A stretch of DNA of 52,569 nucleotides. Origin: Betaproteobacteria bacterium (lineage in GTDB: Bacteria; Pseudomonadota; Gammaproteobacteria; Burkholderiales; SG8-41). The notes beneath the pieces are model-generated. The model had not been told where the DNA came from. It was given only the letters and a program-made list of their open reading frames with translations, and ran no database searches. Shown here one piece after another: positions 46,976 through 52,569 of this stretch. The DNA lies in assembly GCA_016199485.1 (NCBI GenBank), contig JACQGO010000133.1:1-52569 (forward strand), in the 5' to 3' direction. How positions within the stretch are numbered: the first letter of the stretch is position 1; each line of letters begins with the position of its first letter. The translations under genes and the position numbers were made by a program.

Positions 46976-49174
46976 TCAAAACTCGAGCGGATCGACGTCG
47001 AGCATCCAGCGCACCTTGCGCGGCGCGTGCGCTGCGAGCTTGTCGTGCCAGGCCTGCAGGAACCCCTGCAGCCTGCGGCGCGAGCCTGCCTGCACCAGGA
47101 GCTGGGCGCGTTCGCGCCCGGCGAGCCGGGACATGGTCGCTTCCACCGGGTCATAGATCGTGACCGCTTGGCGCAGGCCCCTGCCCAGCGCAGCGGCGTC
47201 CCCTAGAAACTCGAGCGCGGTGGCGAGGCGCGGCGCCTCCGCGCGCAGCAGCGCCTGGTGCACGAACGGCGGCAGTCCCGCCTGCCTGCGTTCGGCGAGC
47301 TGTGCACGCGCAAACGCTGCGTAGTCGTTCTCGCACAGCGCCCGGTACAGGGGGTGGTCAGGAAACTCGGTCTGGACCAACACCTGCCCGCGCACGTCGC
47401 TGCGGCCGGCTCGACCGGCGACCTGCATGAGCTGGGCGTAGAGGCGCTCCGCGGCGCGAAAGTCGGTGCTGTAGAGCGTGCTGTCGGCGTTGAGCACACC
47501 GACCAGGTTAAGCAGGGGAAAGTCATGGCCCTTCGCCATGATCTGGGTGCCGACCAGGATGTCGACCTCGTGCCCGTGGATCTGCCGCCGCATTGCGTTC
47601 CACGCGAGCTTGCGCCGCGTGCTGTCGCTGTCGATACGCAGGATGCGCGCGGGCGGGAAGCGCTGCTTGAGCGCCGCCTCCACGCGCTGGGTGCCCTGCC
47701 CGAGCGGCGCGAGCGCGGGGTTGCCGCACTCCGGACAGGCGGGCGGCACGGGTTCTTCGTGGCCGCAATGATGGCAGCGCAGCCGCCCGATTTCGAGATG
47801 CAGCACGAGATGCGCCGCGCAGCGATGGCACCCCGAGGTCCACCCGCAGGCACGGCACATCAGCACCGGCGCGTAGCCACGGCGGTTGATGAAGACCAGG
47901 CTCTGGTGGCCCTGCGCGAGGCGCTCCTCGATTGCCGCGAGCAGTCGCGCCGACAGCCCGTTGGCGAGCCGCTCGCCGCGCGTATCGACGCACGCGACAC
48001 GCGGCGGCGGCACACCGATGCGCTCGGTGAGCATCACCAACCGGTAGCGGCCCGAAAGCGCGTTGGAATAGCTTTCGAGCGAAGGGGTCGCCGAGCCGAG
48101 CACGACCGGCACACCGCGGAGCCGTGCGCGGAACACGGCGAGATCGCGTGCCGAATAGCGCATGCCCTCGGTCTGCTTGAACGAGGAATCGTGCTCCTCG
48201 TCGACGATGATCAATCCGAGGTCGGGCAGCGGCGTGTACACGGCGAGCCGCGTCCCCAGCACCACGCGTGCTTTCCCCGACTGGGCGAGCCGCCAGTGAC
48301 GCGCCCGCTCGCGCTCGTTCAGTGCGCTGTGCAGGCTCACCACGAGGGCGGCCGGCAGGCGGCTGCGCACCGTCGCTTCGAGCTGCGGGGTAAGCGCGAT
48401 CTCCGGCACGAGCAGCAAGACCTGCTTTCCGGAGTCGAGCGCCGTGGCGGTGAGCCGCAGGTAAACCTCGGTCTTCCCACTGCCGGTGACGCCGTGCAGC
48501 AGCCAGGCCGTGTATCCCCCGAGGCTCGCGCGAATGCTGTCGACCGCTGCCGCCTGCGCGGCGGTGAGTGGCGGGGACGCGGCGGCCGGTGGCGCGGCCA
48601 CGCCCTCCCGTGGAGCCGGGCACGGGCGCCGTTCCACCCAACCCCGGGCTGCGAGTTCCCTGAGCGCTGCGGGCGCACGCGCCGAGAGCGCCCGCGCCGC
48701 CGCCTGGTCCAGGTGGCCGCGCCCGTGCAACGCTGCGAGCACGCGGTGCTTTACCACCGCGCGCCGGGGAAGCGTGGACCAGTCAGCGTTGAGCCCGAAC
48801 CCGGTGAGAAAAAAGCAGTCGTCTTCCCGGTGAGCCGCGCTGCGCAGCCGGCGCAGAGCCGCCGGCAAGGCGTTCATGATGACCTGGCCCAGCGGGTAAT
48901 GGTAATAGTCGCTGCAGAATTCGAGTAGCTGCAGGTCGGCGCGCGAGAGCGCCGGCACATCGCGCAGGATGCGCAGCGCTGATTTGAGCCGTGCGGGAGG
49001 AACTTCGCTTGCGTCGGCGAGGGCGACGATCACGCCCACCATCACTTTGTTGCCGAAAGGCACTACCACCCGCAATCCGATGTCCTGCACGGCGACGTGC
49101 TCGGCGCGGTAGTCGAATAAGGATGTCACGGGCACATCGAGCGCAACGCGTATGATCCTCATCGGAGTCGACAC
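46976..49174 (-). CDS. priA: Primosomal replication-restart helicase PriA
   Basis: 732 aa. Contains Walker A GVTGSGKTEVY, DEEHD, and the Cys-rich zinc insert CRACGWTSGCHRCAAHL...CHHCGH...CPECG. Confidence 0.96.
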   Translation of the reverse strand: MSTPMRIIRVALDVPVTSLFDYRAEHVAVQDIGLRVVVPFGNKVMVGVIVALADASEVPPARLKSALRILRDVPALSRADLQLLEFCSDYYHYPLGQVIMNALPAALRRLRSAAHREDDCFFLTGFGLNADWSTLPRRAVVKHRVLAALHGRGHLDQAAARALSARAPAALRELAARGWVERRPCPAPREGVAAPPAAASPPLTAAQAAAVDSIRASLGGYTAWLLHGVTGSGKTEVYLRLTATALDSGKQVLLLVPEIALTPQLEATVRSRLPAALVVSLHSALNERERARHWRLAQSGKARVVLGTRLAVYTPLPDLGLIIVDEEHDSSFKQTEGMRYSARDLAVFRARLRGVPVVLGSATPSLESYSNALSGRYRLVMLTERIGVPPPRVACVDTRGERLANGLSARLLAAIEERLAQGHQSLVFINRRGYAPVLMCRACGWTSGCHRCAAHLVLHLEIGRLRCHHCGHEEPVPPACPECGNPALAPLGQGTQRVEAALKQRFPPARILRIDSDSTRRKLAWNAMRRQIHGHEVDILVGTQIMAKGHDFPLLNLVGVLNADSTLYSTDFRAAERLYAQLMQVAGRAGRSDVRGQVLVQTEFPDHPLYRALCENDYAAFARAQLAERRQAGLPPFVHQALLRAEAPRLATALEFLGDAAALGRGLRQAVTIYDPVEATMSRLAGRERAQLLVQAGSRRRLQGFLQAWHDKLAAHAPRKVRWMLDVDPLEF

Positions 49175-49281
49175 CGTTCTACCGGTTTACGCTCGGTGCC
49201 ACCGGCCGAAGTCCACGGGAGTCTGCGCGCCGCGGCCAAGATACCTTGGTGCCCAAGGTGAATTCGCGCTCGCGCACAATC

Positions 49282-49290
49282 TGTGGATAA
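49282..49290 (-). promoter_or_regulatory. Isolated perfect DnaA box upstream of priA
   Basis: The plus strand reads TGTGGATAA (TTATCCACA on the priA strand), about 110 nt upstream of the priA start codon. Confidence 0.5.
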
Positions 49291-49497
49291 CTCTGTTGAT
49301 CATTGGGCGCAGCCAGGCGCGAAATCAAGCGTGGATGCCGCTTTCCACGGTAAGCGGACCTGATTCCGCATAGTAAAAACACGCAAGATCAGTGGGTTAC
49401 AATGGCACAGAGATCGCGCGCCCCTTTTCTTCTCGGCCCCCCTTCCGGAAAGCCTTGTTGTGCATAAGTCTCCGGGGCGGGTTCCCCGCAAAGCCAG

Positions 49498-50574
49498 TCA
49501 CGGCGCGGCTTTCCGGTGGTACTCCTTGCTCAGCCCGTGTGCCGCCTCGACGAGCGCGGCGACATGCTCTGGCGGTGCCGCGGGCGAAACGCCGTGTCCC
49601 AGATTGAACACGTGCCCGCTGCCGTAGCCGTATGCGGCGAGTATTTTGCGCGCTTCCTCGCGTATCACTGCGGGCGAGGTCAACAAAACCGCGGGATCGA
49701 GATTGCCCTGTAGTGCTACATGCTCGCCGACCTGCCGGCGCGCCGCGCCAAGGTCGACCGTCCAGTCCAATCCCACCGCGTCACAGCCGCTCGCGGCGAT
49801 CTCATCGAGCCACTGCCCACCGCCCCTGGTAAACACGATGTTCGGCACCCGCTCTCCACCGTGGGCGCGCTTGAGTCCCGACAGCACGTGCTCGATGTAG
49901 CGCAGCGAGAATTCGCGATACGCCTCGTGGGCGAGCGTTCCACCCCAGGTGTCGAAGATCATGACCGCCTGCGCGCCGTGCTCGATCTGGGCGTTGAGAT
50001 AGGCGCTGACCGCGCCGGCGTTGGTCTCGAGGATGCGGTGCAATAGCTCCGGCCGCTGGTAGAGCATGCGCTTCACCTCGTGGAAGTCGCCGCTCGACCC
50101 GCCTTCGACCATGTAGCACGCGAGCGTGAAAGGGCTGCCGGAGAAGCCGATGAGCGGTACCTCGTTGCCGAGCGCGCGGCGCACCTGCGCCACGGTGTCG
50201 AGCACGTAGCGCAGGTGCTCCTCGGGGTCGGGCGCGACGAGATTGCGGACTTCCCACTCGTCGCGCAACGGCCGCTCGAACCTGGGCCCCTCGCCTTCCG
50301 TGAAGTAAAGCCCCAGTCCCATCGCGTCGGGGATGACGAGGATGTCGGAGAACACTATGGCCGCATCGAGCGCGAAGCGCGCGAGCGGTTGCAGCGTCAC
50401 CTCGGCGGCGAGGTCCGGGTTCCTGCACAACGCCAGGAAGCTCCCGGCGCGGGCGCGCGCCTCGTTGTATTCGGGCAGGTAACGCCCGGCCTGGCGCATC
50501 AGCCAGATCGGCGTGTAGGGAGTAGGCTGGCGGAGCAGGGCCCGCAGGAGGGTGTCGTTTCTTGGTCGGATCAC
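49498..50574 (-). CDS. hemE: Uroporphyrinogen decarboxylase
   Basis: The track ORF runs to 50631. The GTG at 50574 gives (M)[35 protein letters not shown] (358 aa, the usual length). Confidence 0.93.
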   Translation of the reverse strand: MIRPRNDTLLRALLRQPTPYTPIWLMRQAGRYLPEYNEARARAGSFLALCRNPDLAAEVTLQPLARFALDAAIVFSDILVIPDAMGLGLYFTEGEGPRFERPLRDEWEVRNLVAPDPEEHLRYVLDTVAQVRRALGNEVPLIGFSGSPFTLACYMVEGGSSGDFHEVKRMLYQRPELLHRILETNAGAVSAYLNAQIEHGAQAVMIFDTWGGTLAHEAYREFSLRYIEHVLSGLKRAHGGERVPNIVFTRGGGQWLDEIAASGCDAVGLDWTVDLGAARRQVGEHVALQGNLDPAVLLTSPAVIREEARKILAAYGYGSGHVFNLGHGVSPAAPPEHVAALVEAAHGLSKEYHRKAAP

Positions 50575-50676
50575 GGGCGAACAGGCCGGATGGACAGGAT
50601 TCGAGGGGGGGTAACAGGAAAGGCTATGCAAAAGTTCTTCCTGTTGATCCCGTGAAATCCTGTCGATCCTGTCCGT

Positions 50677-52149
50677 TCACCGCGGTAGCTCGGACGATCC
50701 CATGAGGAACTCGTCGACGGCGCGCGCGCACTGGCGGCCTTCGCGTATCGCCCACACCACCAGTGACTGCCCGCGCCGCATGTCCCCCGCGGCGAACACC
50801 TTGGGCGCCGAGGTTGCATAGCAACCCGGCCCCTCGGTTGTGGCTTTCGCGTTGCCGCGCGCGTCTTTCGCCACGTCAAAGCCGTCGAGAATCTCCTGCA
50901 CCGGTCCGACGAAACCCATCGCGAGCAGCACAAGATCGGCCTTCAGCTCGAATTCCGAGCCCGGCATCTCCGTCATCGTCGTCTGCCCGGTCGCGGGGTC
51001 CTGTTCCCAGTTCACGCGTGCTGCGACGAGGCTCTTCACCTTGCCGCCCTTGCCGCGGAACGCTTTGGTCGTCACCGCCCAGTCGCGCTGGCAGCCCTCC
51101 TCATGCGAGGCGGAGGTGCGCAGCCGCGCCGGCCAGTACGGCCACACCGGATTGTCATTGACATCCGGCGGCGTCGGCAGCAACTCGAACTGCGTGATCG
51201 ACTTCGCGCCGTGGCGGTTGGAGGTGCCCACGCAGTCCGAGCCGGTGTCCCCGCCGCCGATGATCACCACGTGCTTGCCCTTCGCGCACAGCTCCGGCAC
51301 ATCCTGGTCTCCGGCGACGCGCCGATTCTGCAGCGGCAGGAAATCCATCGCGAAGTGGATCCCCTCGAGCTCGCGGCCGGGGATCGGCAGATCGCGCGGA
51401 TGTTCGGCGCCGCCCGCCAACACCACCGCGTCGAACTCTTCGACGAGCCGCTTCGACTCGATCACCGTCACCCCGCCGTTGGCGCGCTCGGGGCGCATTC
51501 CCACATAGTGGTTGACCCGGAATTCGACGCCCTCGGCGCGCATCTGGTCGAGCCGCCGGTCGATGATCCACTTCTCGAGCTTGAAGTCAGGGATGCCGTA
51601 GCGCAGCAGTCCGCCGACGCGGTCGGTCTTTTCGAACACGACGACGTCATGGCCGACGCGCGCGAGCTGCTGCGCGCAGGCGAGTCCCGCCGGACCGGAG
51701 CCGATGATCGCCGTGCGTTTTCCGGTCTTGTGCCCGGGTGCCTGCGCCGTAACCCAGCCCTCCTCCCACGCCTTGTCGATGATTGCGTGCTCGATCGATT
51801 TGATCCCCACCGGGTCGTCGATGATGCGCAGCGTGCACGCTTCCTCGCACGGTGCGGGGCACACGCGCCCCGTGAACTCGGGAAAGTTGTTCGTCGAGTG
51901 CAGCGTCTCGATCGCGTTTTTCCAGTCCTGGCGGTAGACGAGGTCGTTGAAGTCCGGGATGATGTTGTTGATCGGGCAGCCGTTCATGCAGAACGGAATG
52001 CCGCAATCCATGCAGCGAGCCCCCTGGATTTTCGCCTCCTCGTCGCTCAGGTGCAGGACGAACTCGCGGTAGTGCTTCTTGCGTGCGTCCGGCGGTTCGG
52101 TCGCTTCGGCGAGACGCTGATATTCCAGAAAACCGGTGATTTTTCCCAT
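50677..52149 (-). CDS. gltD: Glutamate synthase small subunit (NADPH)
   Basis: 490 aa. Contains the Fe-S Cys cluster [14 protein letters not shown] and the dinucleotide motif [12 protein letters not shown]. Confidence 0.95.
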   Translation of the reverse strand: MGKITGFLEYQRLAEATEPPDARKKHYREFVLHLSDEEAKIQGARCMDCGIPFCMNGCPINNIIPDFNDLVYRQDWKNAIETLHSTNNFPEFTGRVCPAPCEEACTLRIIDDPVGIKSIEHAIIDKAWEEGWVTAQAPGHKTGKRTAIIGSGPAGLACAQQLARVGHDVVVFEKTDRVGGLLRYGIPDFKLEKWIIDRRLDQMRAEGVEFRVNHYVGMRPERANGGVTVIESKRLVEEFDAVVLAGGAEHPRDLPIPGRELEGIHFAMDFLPLQNRRVAGDQDVPELCAKGKHVVIIGGGDTGSDCVGTSNRHGAKSITQFELLPTPPDVNDNPVWPYWPARLRTSASHEEGCQRDWAVTTKAFRGKGGKVKSLVAARVNWEQDPATGQTTMTEMPGSEFELKADLVLLAMGFVGPVQEILDGFDVAKDARGNAKATTEGPGCYATSAPKVFAAGDMRRGQSLVVWAIREGRQCARAVDEFLMGSSELPR

Positions 52150-52164
52150 GCTGCTTCCTCGCGG

Positions 52165-52569
52165 CTACGCCGCTGCCCTGCGACCGGCGGCCGCAAGCTC
52201 GGCGAGCGCGCGCCGGTATTCCTTGGGAAAGATCTTCACGAAGCGCGCGCGATACTGCCACCAGTTCTCGAGAATCTCGTAGGCGCGCCGGCTGCCGGTG
52301 TATCGCGCATGGTTCTCGATCAGCCGCCTGAGGGTCACCTCGTCGGCAAGCCCCGTGTGCCAGAGGTCACGCGACACCTTGGCCTGCTGCTCGGACTCCG
52401 AAAGCACCGGCTCGAGATCGACCATCGCCGTGTTGCAGCGCTTCTCGAACCGGCCGTCGAGGTCAAGCACATACGCGATGCCGCCCGACATGCCAGCGGC
52501 GAAGTTGCGCCCGGTGTTGCCCAGCACGATGACCGTGCCGCCGGTCATGTACTCGCAGCCGTGGTCGCC
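52165..52569 (-). CDS. gltB: Glutamate synthase large subunit, C-terminal part (gene runs off the right edge)
   Basis: Contains the C-terminal GXGXG beta-helix region [27 protein letters not shown]. The frame is open to the window end. It lies directly upstream of gltD. Confidence 0.9.
   Translation of the reverse strand, partial: GDHGCEYMTGGTVIVLGNTGRNFAAGMSGGIAYVLDLDGRFEKRCNTAMVDLEPVLSESEQQAKVSRDLWHTGLADEVTLRRLIENHARYTGSRRAYEILENWWQYRARFVKIFPKEYRRALAELAAAGRRAAA

Noticed and set aside
49175-49497. tRNA, SRP RNA or tmRNA in the large hemE-priA gap
   Set aside because: I looked for a T-loop GGTTCGAATCC-type motif, the SRP domain IV GGAA-tetraloop context and a tmRNA tag region, and found none. 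An unclassified sRNA cannot be excluded by eye and is kept as a finding.

Overview
This is a high-GC proteobacterial chromosome segment spanning the replication-origin neighbourhood. Its synteny looks betaproteobacterial, but that is an impression, not a computed result. The window is almost wall-to-wall conserved housekeeping genes. Left block, mostly minus strand: pyk(partial)-pgk-gap-tkt, ntrX-ntrY-DUF4390-rsmB-fmt-def. Next comes a plus-strand LysM-dprA-topB block, then gyrB-dnaN-dnaA on the minus strand. Diverging from dnaA is a ~20 kb plus-strand run: rpmH-rnpA-yidD-yidC-mnmE-mnmG-rsmG-parA-parB-atpIBEFHAGDC-glpD-glmU-glmS. Right block, minus strand: SDR-dsbA-dsbA-SPOR-argS-priA-hemE-gltD-gltB(partial). 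I found no rRNA or tRNA genes, CRISPR arrays, transposases, integrases, phage genes or recognisable defence or toxin modules. I cannot honestly point to a new multi-gene system here. The features not explained by the ORF track are non-coding: (1) a DnaA-box cluster plus AT-rich tract in the dnaA-dnaN spacer, a candidate oriC; (2) two parS sites in the mnmE-mnmG spacer; (3) a 124-nt element between glmU and glmS built from GGTGAAG heptamers, forming a 29/30 inverted repeat around an internal terminator-like hairpin and ending 8 nt before the glmS ATG; (4) a marked drop in GC and codon bias over 5'-gyrB, dnaN and dnaA; (5) an isolated perfect DnaA box in the largest non-coding gap (hemE-priA); (6) a triple-nested inverted repeat filling the gltD-hemE spacer. 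Many long ORFs in the track are antisense shadow ORFs typical of high-GC DNA and were rejected.
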